64,000 nucleotides of DNA, taken from Selaginella moellendorffii (taxonomy: Eukaryota; Plantae; Lycopodiophyta). Shown here piece after piece: positions 11,341 through 24,231 of the stretch. How positions within the stretch are numbered: the stretch's first letter is position 1; the number at the start of each line of letters is the position of its first letter. Both the position numbers and the translations under genes were made by a program. The notes below the pieces were generated by a model. It was not told the origin of the DNA. It did no database searches and saw only the letters and a list, made by a program, of their open reading frames with translations. The stretch spans positions 729,378 through 793,377 of the forward strand of contig NW_003314268.1 in the NCBI RefSeq assembly GCF_000143415.4, given 5' to 3'.

Positions 11341-11899
11341 AGGTGAAAGCCCAAAGCAATCATTTCCCAAGTGAGCTTTAAAAGGATAGTAAGGGGAGGA
11401 CTTCAGTGGAAATAGTTTGGCTAGTAAAGCCAGTGTGGCTAAAGAAGGTTATACCTATGTGGTGGGTGATAATATAACTATTGAGGAGTTCAAGACTAAA
11501 GTGAATATGGATGAAAGTGGGGTAACTTGGTGAAATATTCAAGAGCCAACTCTAGCTCCCCCAAGAAATCGAATAATCAATGCTCCCAATCTAAGTATGG
11601 GTGGCACTACCTACTTGAATACCTGGCATGACTCATCAAAACCTTGCTCTAGCCATATGGCTAGGGCACCCAAAGGTAGAAGGTGGAAAGAGTATCTATT
11701 AGGGCATTTTTTAGCCCCAACTATGGATCCATCCCTCATATATAAACTCACAAAGCCAGAATTTCAAACTCAACTACAAGAGAAAATGGGGAGGACCCTT
11801 GATATTTTACCCTCGCATGGATTTTATACAATCATTTGGAATATTTTGAGAATCAAAATATCCTCTCCCTCTCTCTCATGACACCCATATCTACAACTC

Positions 11900-11995
11900 G
11901 GGAGTAGGAGTAGTAGTGGGAGTAGGAATAGAAATAGGGGTAGAAGTAGGAGTAAGAGTGGGGCAAGAGTAGGGTTAGGAGCAAGAGTAAGAGTT
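11900..11995. repeat. 6-bp purine-rich tandem array (AGGAGT/AAGAGT); also ~36840-36960 and ~49660-49770
   Basis: Visible periodicity; length differs among the three copies. Confidence 0.8.
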
Positions 11996-14722
11996 GCTTC
12001 TTTAGTTGCAACACGTGATGCGAGGAGAAGGTAGCATGAGCTAGTGCCACAACAAGCAATTACTGGTGGGTGCACAAGACTTTGGTGTGCAAGAACCCAT
12101 GGCTAAGATGCTCCCATGTGCTAAAATGTAGTGTCTAGAGTGGGTAATTGTTGAAACAAAGAGAAATGGAAAAGAAAACAAGAGATGGAAATAAAAAATA
12201 AAATAAAGATGAAAGTAGAAGATGGGAAAGGAGTTTAAAGTGCAAAGATACAGGGAAAACCCAATGGGAAACTATGTGGTTGAATTAGATACTCAAGAAA
12301 GTAGGAAAAGAGGGAAAAAAGAGGAAAAAAGAGCAAAAAAACCAAATGGAAAGAAGCTCAAACACTCTGGAAAGTGAATATGCAAATGCAACCTCAAGCT
12401 CATGTAATTTGTGCTCGAAACTTTGGCTGAGAATGAAGAAGAAAACATAGGGACTGTATTGCCTAATGGTGGTAACTATGAAATAGAAAATGAACTATAA
12501 TGGAAGAAAGTGATGATAGGGGATCTTAGTAGATGGATGATATGATTGAGTGTGTCCAAGGATAGGTTCTAATCTGATGTAGTGAAATGTGAAGTCATAG
12601 CTACTGCTCACACCAAAAAATATTGGACTATTGCTCAAAAGGTGGCAAATTGCTTCACCTATGATTTGAGCTGGAAGAAAATGGTGTTAACTTTGTTGGC
12701 CACACCTCTGAAAGCAATTGGATGGCCTCTACAATCAGGCTTTTCTACTAGAAGAAGAAAATAGTTCTAAAGAGAAGAAAGTTGCAATATGTGACTAATC
12801 CATCAAATATCTCACATGTTGTGCATGAGAATATCTTGATTTGTGTTTTTGCTTATCTGGAAGAGCCTTTATGATGAAGTGTTTTCCCCAAATATCTAGT
12901 ATAAATGGATGATGAATGGTGGAAAATGTGAAAGATATTATTAAGTATGTGTAGTGTGTGGTAGGGAATTCTAGAGTATAGATGATATAGAATGGTGATG
13001 AAAATGTGAGGATGGAATTGATGTAGAGAAAAAAGCTAAAGAAATGAAGCACAAATCAACAAGAGTCGAGAAATTTTCATACATTCAATAATGCAGCTAG
13101 AGCATGTTCATTAAAAGAGACTTTCTCCACATAATTCCTTGGCTTAAAAAAGATGTAAAAAGAGTGAGAGCAGAAGAAAAACAAAAAAAAACAAAAAAAA
13201 GTAAAAAAAATGAGTAGTGCAAGCAGCTTTTGTGATGGGTGATGATGATGGAAGCGCCAAGAGGATGCAAGGCATCCTATAGAAGGCCTAGAATGCCGCT
13301 AAAACTGACTTACTCACCCTCAAGTGCTAGATTGCATCGAAAATGCCTAAGGTGGTGAATAATGTCACTGTAAGAGAATCTAAGATGCTAGAACTGCTTG
13401 GAAGGATGGGAGCCTCCTGAGGATGGTAGAAAGTGTCCCCAAGGACATATGGAAGTCATCATGTGTTGCTGATGAAGTGTCGATAGTGTCGGAGAATGCT
13501 TTGAGTGTTGTAGCAGGATGAAGTTGGGATCCAGCCATGAACCTAAGTTTGGGAAGAGCTAAGATGAGGTGCCAAGTTGGGAGAAACTCCAAGGAAAAGT
13601 TGAGATGCTACTAGAAAATGCCTACCACCTTTATGTCATGGTCGTATCCCAAGTGAGTAGCAAGGTTGGACTGCAGGTCTGGGGTGAGAAGTGCCACCAA
13701 AAGTGTAGTCACTAAGCTGGAAAGTCAAAAGTGTACTCAAAGAGAGTGAAAAAGTTATGCTCTCCAAAATGTTATTAATGCCTTGTGACCCTATTTCATT
13801 AACAGCTCCAAAACTACTATATAAATGCTAGAGTTAGAAAAGTGCTTGGAGAATCCACCACTTGGACAAAATCCTCACTATGCTGCAGCAAAGGAATTGA
13901 TGTGAAATCCTTAGATGTGTTGAAGCCAAGGGATTTCTAAACTTGTGTAGTGATGACAAAGAAGTCAAGTGTTAATGTAATCCAGTCCATGTTGAAGAAG
14001 TCAATCATATTGCAGTCAACAACTTAGATCTCCAGCAGTGTGTCATCTTCGATAAGTTTCAAGAAAAAAACCTTGAGAGCCTAGACAACTTTAATGATAG
14101 AAGAAGCATCCACTTAAGACAAGCTAGATGGAAGTAGAGAATGATCATGGGTATTGAGAAGAGTTGCTACATAGATGCCATTAGTAATTGTTGATTCTCC
14201 CTTGGCCCAAGTTGTCATGTAAGTCCGTCCTAAGATGATGGAGTCCTTTAACTTGCCAAATCCTAGCTGTTGGAAGTCCACAACAAGGAAATTTAGCATG
14301 GAAACCACTCCTTGCACCAAGATCTTGACATTTTAACAGATGCTTGTAGGGACAATTCAGTGATTGGCAAACATTTTGAGGATGACAATTGTGTTTCTCA
14401 CCACTTCCAAGCCACTAAATGTGCCAAGTTGAGGGAGATGATGTTGCTCTAGGATCTAGAATCAAGTAATGCTTGTGTTGTCAAAGATCTATCGCTGATG
14501 TGGACCTCCACAAAGAATGCTTTGGGATCATGAGTGGTCTGAGTGTTGATGATGTACATGTCATGCTGATGTTCCACAGAAATGCCTGTGGACTTGGCAA
14601 AAGCCTTCAGCTAAGGAGTAAAACCGGGTACATATTGCAAAAACTCACCAAGTATGATCTAGACTAGTGTGTCAACAATCTATGCAAGAACCTCTTGTGG
14701 GACTCGAGATAATTGTCAACCT

Positions 14723-14850
14723 CAATTACTAATGGCATCTATGTAGCAACTCTTCTCAATACCCATGATCATTCTCTACTTCCATCTAGCTTGTCTTAAG
14801 TGGATGCTTCTTCTATCATTAAAGTTGTCTAGGCTCTCAAGGTTTTTTTC
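14723..14850 (-). repeat. 128-bp inverted copy of 14063-14190
   Basis: Reverse complement with no mismatch seen; absent from the orthologous site in C (~46920-46945). Confidence 0.92.
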
Positions 14851-15508
14851 ACCCACATTGAAAGTTGGATGAATATCTGGTTGTTGGATTTGAAGTTGTG
14901 GCCAAGGATGTGGGTGGCGCTGCAAATACCGAAGCATGGGGTAATTTGCATGCCATGAGAGATGGGGAAGTTCTGAAAACTAGAGCTGGATCCTGCTCAC
15001 CATCAATATTTCGGGCTAAAGGAGAAACCTTCTTGTGCCCTTGAGTCATAGCAGCCATTTTATAACCGTCCTCTACAACATAAACTATGTTGACGTGCAT
15101 TGGTGTCTTTCCACAGCTCGACAAAGGGGTGTCTTCAATCGCTTTCTACTCCAGTTGTTGCTGGTATCTATCTCTAGCCATGGAAGAAATATGTTGTCTG
15201 CTAGAAGTTGCTGTTGAACATGCTGGACAGAAGGTGGTCGAAGTTCTAAGTGAAGCTTCCAACATCTCTCTATGCTGTGCGTCATAACATCATAATGCGA
15301 GTAAGTACCAAGAACGAGGAGGGAATCTTAGTCTCTTTGCCTACTGTAAGTGGCATACTCTAAGCTCCTCAAGTAGCTTCTCTTGCATTTATCACTGTTG
15401 CTAGATGATCTCCTTGTATCTTGCAAGCTCTGATAATGCCTTCTCAATCATTGAGGGAACTCTATCATCACTGTGCAAGGCTAGAGAAGAATGGATCATG
15501 GTAGCACG
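14851..15508 (-). pseudogene. gag: 3' part of degenerate Ty3/gypsy gag (zinc-knuckle region)
   Basis: HSIERCWKLHLELRP; matches 46260-46920. Confidence 0.7.
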
Positions 15509-15859
15509 ATCATGGTATCAATAATGGATCAACCTTAAGTCCAATCTAACCTGAGGAGGGGGATTAGGAGAAAATTTATAAATCTGTAGATGGATGGTTA
15601 ACACTTCATTACTCATGCAGTAAGTAGTTAAATCCAAGTAGAACCAAGTAGGAGATGGTATAATAAGTGGGGACCTTGGCAAGGGAACTTAATTAATGCC
15701 AAGGCAAAGGTGGTCGAATAGAAAAGGTAAGTTGGCAAATTAGAAAAAAAATATTTATGGCTTATATCAAACTCCAAACCCTTTGTGCAACAAAATGAAG
15801 ATTTGGTACGCACTTAATATCTTTTACGAACACTAACTCCCCATATCCAACTTTTGCAT

Positions 15860-16623
15860 GTAAAATAGTATTAGATGGTGTTTAGCCCAATTCTGGCATA
15901 CTGGTGGCCTATAACAAAAAGATGGATACCCCACTGACTAAAGCAACATGGAACTTGAGATTATTCCTAAGCTAGATGCAGAATCATGGCAATACAACTT
16001 AGCAGGAGCCAAATTAATATTTTAGATGGTCAACAATGCTTCCAAATACTATCTTTATTATACATTTAGAACCCCCCACAACCCCTCATCCCTCACCCTA
16101 GAAAAATGTATGCTTTTAGGCTTTCACCCCAATCTCAAGAACTAGTTTATGGGATTTGAAAATTTACTAGATATGGAATAGAACTAAATTGTGAATTGGG
16201 ATGTAGGAACAACACTATGGTAGTCTCTAAATTCCATAGATATGCCTTTTAGATAAATTTAACCACTTACTATAAATAGCACAAAGGACTGAATGGAACT
16301 AATACATAAGGTATGATAGTGAGGCTGTTTGGTGCACACAATAAGCTATCATAAAGCATTATTGAGGAACTATACTCAACATATGAGTGTTCTTGTCTTT
16401 AGCTAGTGCAACATATAACACATTTAGCTAATAATATATAAAAAAATTTCATCCTTATGCTTGTTTAGTTTAAGTATACTTAAGATGTCCAATTAACTCC
16501 ACGAGCATAAGAGGAAACAATAATAAAGTGGTGCAACTGTATCGACCTTTATGGCAGAAGAGAGAGTGTCCAAAAGTACTGGTTAACAAGTATTTTTTGA
16601 TACATGAAGCCACATTTATGATA
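15860..16623 (-). mobile_element. Old diverged relative of the 1.15 kb LTR family
   Basis: Shares ggcatactggtggcct, tatacatttagaacccccc and ggctttcacccc blocks and the terminus gaagccacatttatgata; left boundary uncertain. Confidence 0.65.
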
Positions 16624-17802
16624 TTTTACAATATATGCCCAATGTACATGATAGAATGATGCTAATTAGGCATAATTATGCTAATTGTGAAATTTTGGAA
16701 TTTGGTGAATATAAAGTTCTACTTGGACTTTTAATACAAAAAAATACACTAAGAATATTAGGAAATCCTCTTGATTGGAACTTTGGACACATCTAGAAGG
16801 ATTTTTGTTGAGAAGAAACAAATTAATATCCTTGCAAGGACTTTATATTGCCAAAGTAACCTAGTGTTCTGGAAATTCTAGCATCTTTGTCAAGCTCTTC
16901 TAGTCAAGCTGGTAAGACTCACTAGTCTATTGGTATTTAGAAGTGCCCTTATAATAAAGTTGGTTGGGCTCACTAGTCCTTTAGGGGGTTTTTTCTAAAA
17001 TCTAAGAGCATTCGATTCCTCATGATTGTCAAGAGTCTATAATAGAAGCATGTGATTTTTAACTCTATGACTTTCTTTTAGCCAATTCACCAAATTCACC
17101 TAGGTGTTAGGACCAAACATTACACAATAAATAAAATATTGAACACATGCCATCTACAAGATCTCTTCTAGTTATGATGTCTATAGGCAAAACTTTAAAA
17201 CTATAGTTAAAATATAAAGAACAAAGAAGCAATTAAAAACACAAAGGCTTTGATTTTCTTACTTTCCCAAACATTTCAATCAGCAATGTTAATCTAACTT
17301 TTCTTTGATCCCTTGGGCAGTTTTCCACCATAAAGGATCAAAGGACAATAGTATTATTGATGGGAGAGGGAAAGAAAATACAAAAGAAAGCCTTAGGAAA
17401 AGTAAAGAATAATTGAGTAAGTGAGTGTTGTGATGGAAAGTAATAAGTTTTAATCTTTAGGCAGTAGTTCTTCTTTGTACTCACTCATGTTGGTGTTGTT
17501 GGAGTTTTTGCTTCACATAAATATCCTATTTAAATACTATGACTTATTAAAGAATTAAAAAACTATATCTTTAATCTAATTTTAAATCCATTTTTATTTA
17601 TTTAAAATATAAATTTTTTATTACTTTTATTGTAACAATTACTATAAAGTTTTTGACATTAATTGGTATATTGAGAATTTTAAAATATCATTATTTTAAT
17701 ATTTTTTAGATAAAATATATATTATTATCAGCTAATGCAATTGTAAAAAATTTAGTAGTTGTATACCAGTCTGGTGTTATACTTTAAGAATACCTTTATA
17801 TT

Positions 17803-17816
17803 GTGTGTGTGTGTGT
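17803..17816. repeat. (GT)n microsatellite; longer (AC)n allele at 43441-43460
   Basis: Seen directly. Confidence 0.9.
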
Positions 17817-18419
17817 AACTAAATATATATATTAAATTATAATATTTTCTCAAGAAACATAAAATAGTGAAACTAATAAAACTTTATTACAAATAAAAAT
17901 TTGCTTTAAATATTAGCATTCTTGATTTCATAGATTTTAAGAACCCATAAAAATATAAACTTGCAACATAATAACTAAATAAAGGAAAATGTCAAAGGCC
18001 AAATGTAAAGAGTAAAAAGAATCAATTAATAATCAAATTTCTACTTGGATTACAATTCTCAATTTAATCAGTATTTAGTAGGAACTTTTATTTATAATAA
18101 CCAAACGAAGACAAGTGTTTCTACTTATCAATTTCCTATACAAGAGTATCTAAAAGAGTGCTTGTGTGTGGAGGCTGGTAAAATGTTGCAATGCTGATCT
18201 ATCTATCAAACTGCAAGAAATTGCAGAGGTGAAGGGAAGTCTCTTGCCAATTGTTACAAGTGCGATGGCCCTTAGACTCTCGTTCACGATTTGAAGCTTT
18301 CTTTGATGCTCATGAACAGCAATCTTACAAGTTTGATTGGTGGCGACGTGCAGAAATTTAGTTTTTTTCCCATACAATGGTAACAACTTTGACTGTCTGG
18401 AAAGCCTTTTCATCCGCTT

Positions 18420-19070
18420 ATGACCTTCTAGACCAAGTCAAATGGCTTTATACCATATGGAACAACTGGAGGTGCGTACATACTAGCTCCTGAGTTCTTG
18501 CTCTAACGTGGTGTCGTGGTGTCGTGTGCCTGGGTGCCTAGAAAGTCGAACACCTTCGCTATCACCATCGTTACCCCACAGTCCAGCAGGAGATTTAAGG
18601 CAAAGCGTCCTTTATCAACGTGCACGTCTTCAAAGGCTTTGGAATTCTTCTAGTCTCATGTGATTTTGCTTTTTCCCAGAACCACTGGAGGTTCTTGTTA
18701 ATAGTATGACTCTCATCATTGTTTTTTCTTGTTTCGTTCTTTTTATTTCACAGGTGGAGCTGCTAAATTCCCAGTGGATTGAAGATCGTTCATTTGGTCG
18801 GGTCGGTTCAAATTTACATGCTATGTGATGGTAATGCGTCTGGAGCAAACTATGTAAGATCTTATTTTCCTCAGCTGGATTTGTTTTTCCATTTTCTAAT
18901 CAAGTTACGGGGACAAACTGATCAGGAATCCTTGCAAACGTACAAGAAGATCCACGATGTTAGAGACAAGTCTACAGATTGCAAATATTCTGTTTTTCTT
19001 GGTAAAGTTCACGAGTTTTTCGGGGGATGCCTTGCCAAGCGGCTGCGCCGCAAGCCCTAGCGTGCTCTAG
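18420..19070 (+). pseudogene. Short-intron gene relic convergent with the coiled-coil gene (3' end also at 1-72; inverted at ~42210-42830)
   Basis: Candidate GT-AG introns at 18472-18541, 18691-18753 and 18854-18904 (51 nt, in frame). Confidence 0.5.
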
Positions 19071-19197
19071 GTATCATCTTGTTGCTAGGATCAAAGTCGG
19101 ATCTCGGACCTTTCAGAGATTCAAACATTATGAATTTGAACATTAAATCATCGTTTTTACAGCTAAATCAAAGAAAATGATATGAAAAAAACTATCA

Positions 19198-22100
19198 CGA
19201 GTCTGAACTATTCCGCTGCTCACTGCTCTTTAGCTGCTTCCACTTTTCCTTTTGAAGCTGCTGCCCCTGCTTGGTTTAAGAAATTTTTCGTCTTTAAGCT
19301 GCTCAATCTTTGCTGCTCGATCTTAGCTGTTTCAGCCTGCTCCCTTTCTCTCCAAGTTTTAAAATCATCTTACAGTTTTCCATTCCCACTTGCTCGATTC
19401 TTATGATCTCTGACGCTGGTTTTATCTTTCGCTGCTTCAAGTCCTGCTCCACCCTCATTTACATATTCTTCTGGCGGCCTCCTATGATCTGGACCAAGTT
19501 GGCAGTCAGACTATTTTCCAAATAGAAAAGAAACATAATCTCTCAACTCACAAGTTGGCCAGAATAAGCAGCTCCTTAGCGTAGTCTCTGAGATGTTTTA
19601 TTTATTTAGTCTCGAAGAGACGGCCTCCAACGATCTGGACCAAGTTGGAGCTCAGAAGATATTCCACCAGAGGAGAAAATTAAAAAACAAAAAAATACCA
19701 TAGGATTTGTTGCTGATACTAAAGGAGCTACCATCACAATTTGTGTGTCGCTGCAGCTTGCTTCTTCTGTTTAACAACACGGATGAAATGAATGGAAGAG
19801 GAAAAAACGAATGACTCTACGTACCCTCGGTCCACATTTCTCGATTGTAAAGGTGGCCATTGAACCTCTGAATCGCTTTGCACCAGCTTCCACGTTCCAT
19901 GAAACTCGTCCGATCTTCTGTCTTTATGACTCTAGCTTCGTCTTAGAGTTCGCTCCAGCTCTTGTAGTCTCCGCATGTCAGGGGCGAACATCAGCCGTTT
20001 TTCAGTCTTTGTGAAGCCGAACCTCTGGCTCCGCCGCCACAAGCAGTTTCTTCGAGTTCGAGATCATCTTGCCATCATCATCTTCTATCATCCAAGCACC
20101 TGTAAGAGTGATCCTGGACAGCATTGAAGCTCTCGTCCCGTTTCCGTCAACTAGAGAGCTTTGTCTTTGATCCGTCTTGGCATCTCATCTTCTCCTTCAT
20201 CTCGCTGTTCTCACGCCAACGTTTGATGGACTCTTCTCCACTCGGCTGGCTGACTGCTCCGATCTCGGCCACTGTCTCGGCGAGCTCCGCTTGAGAAGCC
20301 CAGATCTTGACAAAATTATCTGCTATCTCCCGATTGATCAAGATATCTCCGAAACTTTGGAGTCGAGGGAGGATATCTCCTCGAAGAGGTTGATCTTCTC
20401 TTGACTTAGAAGTGTGGAGACTGGTCTCTGGCGCTTTGGAGGCTTGCTACTGCTTCCCTGTGCTGCTCGAGCTGTCAGTACTTGGCTTGCACCTCTGTTC
20501 TGTATTTGACTCTCGAGAGCTGGTTACTTCTTGAACTTCCATTCTCGTTTCTTCGACGTGCTTAGAACCTCTGGCAGTTAGGGAATGCTTCCGCCACTTC
20601 AGGCCTTGATCGTGCTGAGAAGCTTGAGCGGAAGCATGCAAAAACACAGCTTCCTGCGAAGCCAGATGCTCCTTCTTGTCGCATGTAGCGTCCATCTGAT
20701 CCGTCAAACCTCTGCTCTCACATCGGTTCTCCTCGGCTTGTCTTCTTCATCCTTCAGAGCTCCTCGCCCAAAGCTTTGCTTTGCATCTGGCACGTCTCTC
20801 TCTCCTCCAGCGCCTCGAGTCCCGTGATCCTCTCCATCAGCTGCCAGTTACTTGCTTCTCCAGCCTCGCCTTTGCGCTTCCAAACTCCGCCATCACGTGC
20901 TCTCGCCGAGAGCTCCACCTCGTGCAGCGGATTCGACTCCGTCAGCCATTATCCCCTGGGGCTTCTCCTTCAAGAACTTCTGTCCGAACACTTCCCTCAT
21001 TCCACCAGATGACAGAGAACGTCTAGCGTAGTCTGTCTTATAGTCTCTGCAGCCATCCGAAACCCCAGTCACGAGGAGCTTCAGCTATATCGTCTTCTCG
21101 CCATCTTGCAGCCATCTGACACTGGTTTACGTCGTTCCTCGCTACTATCATGGACAGCCTTACCGCAGCAGGCGCTCCTGAATCATCTCCGTCCACTGGA
21201 AAGCCGAGAAGATAGATCCCTCCTTGCTCCAGACACTGTAGAGTGTAGCCCAACTTGATCCATTGATCTTCTCTTGACTTAGAAGAGTGTGGAGGCGGGC
21301 TAGCCTGTTTAGATGCCGAAGTTTGATGGACTCTGCTGCACTTCCAGCCGACTGCTCCGCCTGGAGCCTCGTCAACCGCCGCTTTCGACTCTCCATCTCG
21401 GCCACCATCTTCCGAAACTTTCAATTCCAGTCGTTGATCTTCCCTCGACTTAGAGTGTGGAGACTGGTCTTTAGCTCAGACTTGACGCTTTAGTGACCTG
21501 CTACTGTGGTGCTCGACTTGCTTGGATATTTGGCCACAGCTCCGAGTTTTCCCGCTCCAACTTTTGGATTTGATTTCCCTTGAAGCAATCTGACACTGAG
21601 TTCTTTGCTGATACTTTCATCCGAGCAGCTGTACGAGCATTCCTGGACAGCCCTGACCCGTTTTCAAAGTCTCTGTCAACTAGAGAGCTCTACCAGATGA
21701 CAGAGAACGTCGAGTGTAGTCTGTCTTATAGTCTCTGCAGCCCTCTCTGTGAATCCGAATACCCCCACCGTCACGAGCAGCTTCAGCCGTATCATATTCT
21801 CGCCATCACCATCTCGTTGCAGTCGTTCCCTTGCTACTATTCCTTCAAGCTGTGAACATTATACCGCAGCAGTATCTCCTGTCTCATCTCCGTCGACTGG
21901 AAAGCTGATAAGATAGATCTCTCCTTGCTCCAGACACTGTAGAGTGTAGTCAAACTTGATCCATTGATCTTCTCTTGACTTAGAAGAGTGTGGAGGCTGG
22001 TCGCTGGCCTGTTTAGACGCCTGAAGTGTGATGGACTTCTCCGCCTGGAGCCCTGAGACACGGTTGTCACGCACTGCTTTCACGTCTTGGACAGTTGCAA

Positions 22101-22488
22101 ATCTTTGGAGTCGAGTCCTCGAGAAGGTCGATCTTCTCTCGACTTAACTGGTCTATAGCTTTAGTGGCCTCCTCCTGTGCTGCTCAACTTGCTTGGAGAT
22201 CCAACTTCTGGATTTGACTCTTGAGAGTTGGCTTCTCCGATGCTAGAGTCCGAGCACTGGCCTCCAGTTGACCAATCCTTGCAGCCAACTTCTCGAGCTC
22301 GGAGCCAACTTCATTTCTCGTTTCTTCGACGTGCTTAGAACAGTTTGCTCGTGTTCTCTTCTCAGGTAAACCCAGGGTCTAGTCGTCTTAGAGTTCGCTC
22401 CAGCCCGGCCGATCATCTTCTCGCCATCATGGTTCCGACAAAACAAACACTCATCGTTCACTTCAGCTCTCTACAACAAACACGGAAG
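19198..22488 (-). pseudogene. Copy B of the coiled-coil pseudogene
   Basis: Near-identical to A. Confidence 0.65.
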
Positions 22489-23166
22489 TTATGGCCATCT
22501 GGAATCTGGAAGGTATATCAAACTTACCTGTCTCCTCTTGAATTCTGCAACAAAATCTCTCCCCGCACGATCATATAGTTCTTTTGCCTCCTTCACGAAG
22601 ACCACCTCGCCGGACTGAAGCTTCTTCCACGGTTTCCTCTCACTCGGGATCCTATCCAGCATTTTCTGGAGCCTCATCATCTTCCGCGCTCGCTTGATCC
22701 TCTCTCGGTCGCTGGATTTGCCGTTGAGCTCCTCGTAAAGCTGCTCGGTGAGTCTGATCAGAATCCGGAGCGCGCTAACACTCCAAGACTTTTCCTCGTG
22801 CTTCTCCTCTTCTGTTTCCTCGCGCTTTTCCTCTTCCAAGCTGCGGATCTTCTTCTCGGTTTTTCCCCTCTGGTTTAGCCACCGGTTTGCCTTGTGGAAA
22901 GCTTCGAGATACGCGAACTCAACATAGCCCCCTCGGCCATCGCTAAGATGGGTTTCACTCCGCCGTCGGGTGCCGTCGGGAAGAATGTCCTCCGCTGAGG
23001 AAGAGAAGCGAACCATCTTCGGCCTGGAACCTGCAAGTCCAGAAGGCCATCGTGAGTCACAGTAGAAGAAGAATGCGAGAAGCAAAAGGAACCATACCTG
23101 GACGACGACCCCCGGCTGGCAGTAGAATTGGCTTGGGTCGCTGCTCCTCCTGCTTGGGTTTGTCAT
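22489..23166 (-). CDS. Copy B of the continuation ORF, shortened by an 8-bp deletion
   Basis: Lacks tagcaaac (A 3495-3502), so it stops after the second DSRWP. Confidence 0.42.
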   Translation of the reverse strand: MTNPSRRSSDPSQFYCQPGVVVQVWFLLLLAFFFYCDSRWPSGLAGSRPKMVRFSSSAEDILPDGTRRRSETHLSDGRGGYVEFAYLEAFHKANRWLNQRGKTEKKIRSLEEEKREETEEEKHEEKSWSVSALRILIRLTEQLYEELNGKSSDRERIKRARKMMRLQKMLDRIPSERKPWKKLQSGEVVFVKEAKELYDRAGRDFVAEFKRRQVSLIYLPDSRWP

Positions 23167-23935
23167 TCTCCTGCTGCTTCATCTTCTCTTGATCGTCTTC
23201 CCGTTCCAGAGGCTGCTTGATCGGCTTGATCATCTGCTCCTCCTCTTGTTCCAGCTGCTGCTTCATCGGCTTCATCCGCTGCTCCTCCTCCTGTTCCTGC
23301 TCTTGCTTCATCGGCTTGATCGGCTTGATCGGCTGATTCGGCTGATTCTTCTCCTCTCGTTCCAGCTGCGGCTGCTCCTTGTGACCTTGCTCCTGTTTCA
23401 CCTCGCGCCTGAGTTCCTTCGTCTCATGGGCTTCTTTCTCCTGCTCCTCCTCGCTCAGCTGCTCAGCTTTCTTCTCTTGCTCCTCCTCCTTCAGCTGCTT
23501 CTCGGCTTCCTTTTCCTCCTCTTGTTCCAGCTTCATCGGCTTCATCTGATCGGCTTCTTTCTCCTCCTCGTTCACCTGCTCGGCTGTCTTCTCTTCCTTC
23601 AGCTGCTCCGCTTTCTTCTCTTGATTCTCCTCTTCGTCCTCTTTCTCTTGTTCCGGCTTGATCGGCTTGATCGGCTCCTTGTGCCCTCGCTCCTGTCGTA
23701 TCGCTTCTAAGACGATTTTCACCTCGTGCCTGAGTTCCTTCAACTTCAAGGCGGCGGCGTCCATGGCTTCTCCCGAGACGGCCTCACAGACACGATCTTG
23801 GACCTTCAGCTTCGAGGCCGCCGCGTCCATGGCTTCCGGGTGGACCTTGTTGTCGCCCTTGTGCGCCTTTTTTGGTCGAAAGAGAGACCACAAACCTGTG
23901 ACGCATCCACTGCGCTCCTGCTCTGTTCGCGCCAT
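23057..23935 (-). CDS. Second copy of the 292-aa E/K/Q-rich ORF
   Basis: Translation identical to 4067-4945. Confidence 0.6.
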   Translation of the reverse strand: MARTEQERSGCVTGLWSLFRPKKAHKGDNKVHPEAMDAAASKLKVQDRVCEAVSGEAMDAAALKLKELRHEVKIVLEAIRQERGHKEPIKPIKPEQEKEDEEENQEKKAEQLKEEKTAEQVNEEEKEADQMKPMKLEQEEEKEAEKQLKEEEQEKKAEQLSEEEQEKEAHETKELRREVKQEQGHKEQPQLEREEKNQPNQPIKPIKPMKQEQEQEEEQRMKPMKQQLEQEEEQMIKPIKQPLEREDDQEKMKQQENDKPKQEEQRPKPILLPAGGRRPGMVPFASRILLLL

Positions 23936-24013
23936 AGCTTGCCCTTTGCAAAATGCCTTTAATGCCCTAACCCTTACTAAATCTATTTCACTTTAATGCG
24001 TTCGTTTACATTT

Positions 24014-24231
24014 CTCGGCAGTGACTTAGGCAGCGCCCTGGCTCTTGAAACTCAGGCACGCTGGAACCAGCTCACAGGCTGCATCCCAGAAGATGTTTAC
24101 ACACTCTCATCTCTCAATATCTAGACTTGAGTCTGGAACAAGTCCCTGGAGCTGGTTTCTAATGCTTCCAGCTTGAGAGTGCTGATCAAACCAGCTACTG
24201 GATACCATCTGACCTCAGTAAACTTTCCAGA
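24014..24231 (+). pseudogene. Copy B of the LRR fragment
   Basis: Same sequence at +18990. Confidence 0.75.

Larger units (their letters stand above)
1..18998 (+). repeat. Segmental duplication unit, copy A (~19 kb; left end arbitrary at window start)
   Basis: 1-5756 recurs at +18998 (+18990 after an 8-bp indel). 5784-14221 recurs with indels at 25270-38921. 7724-18998 and 1-3291 recur inverted in 38922-54540. Confidence 0.95.

Noticed and set aside
11005-11370. CRISPR-like array or GLGLG/SWSW repeat proteins
   Set aside because: Contiguous 6/12-bp tandem repeat with no spacers, no cas genes and no sustained ORF.
11824-12075. Poly-Leu / YSY / SR-rich ORFs (also 36726-37024, 49593-49835)
   Set aside because: Translations of the AGGAGT minisatellite; lengths differ among copies.
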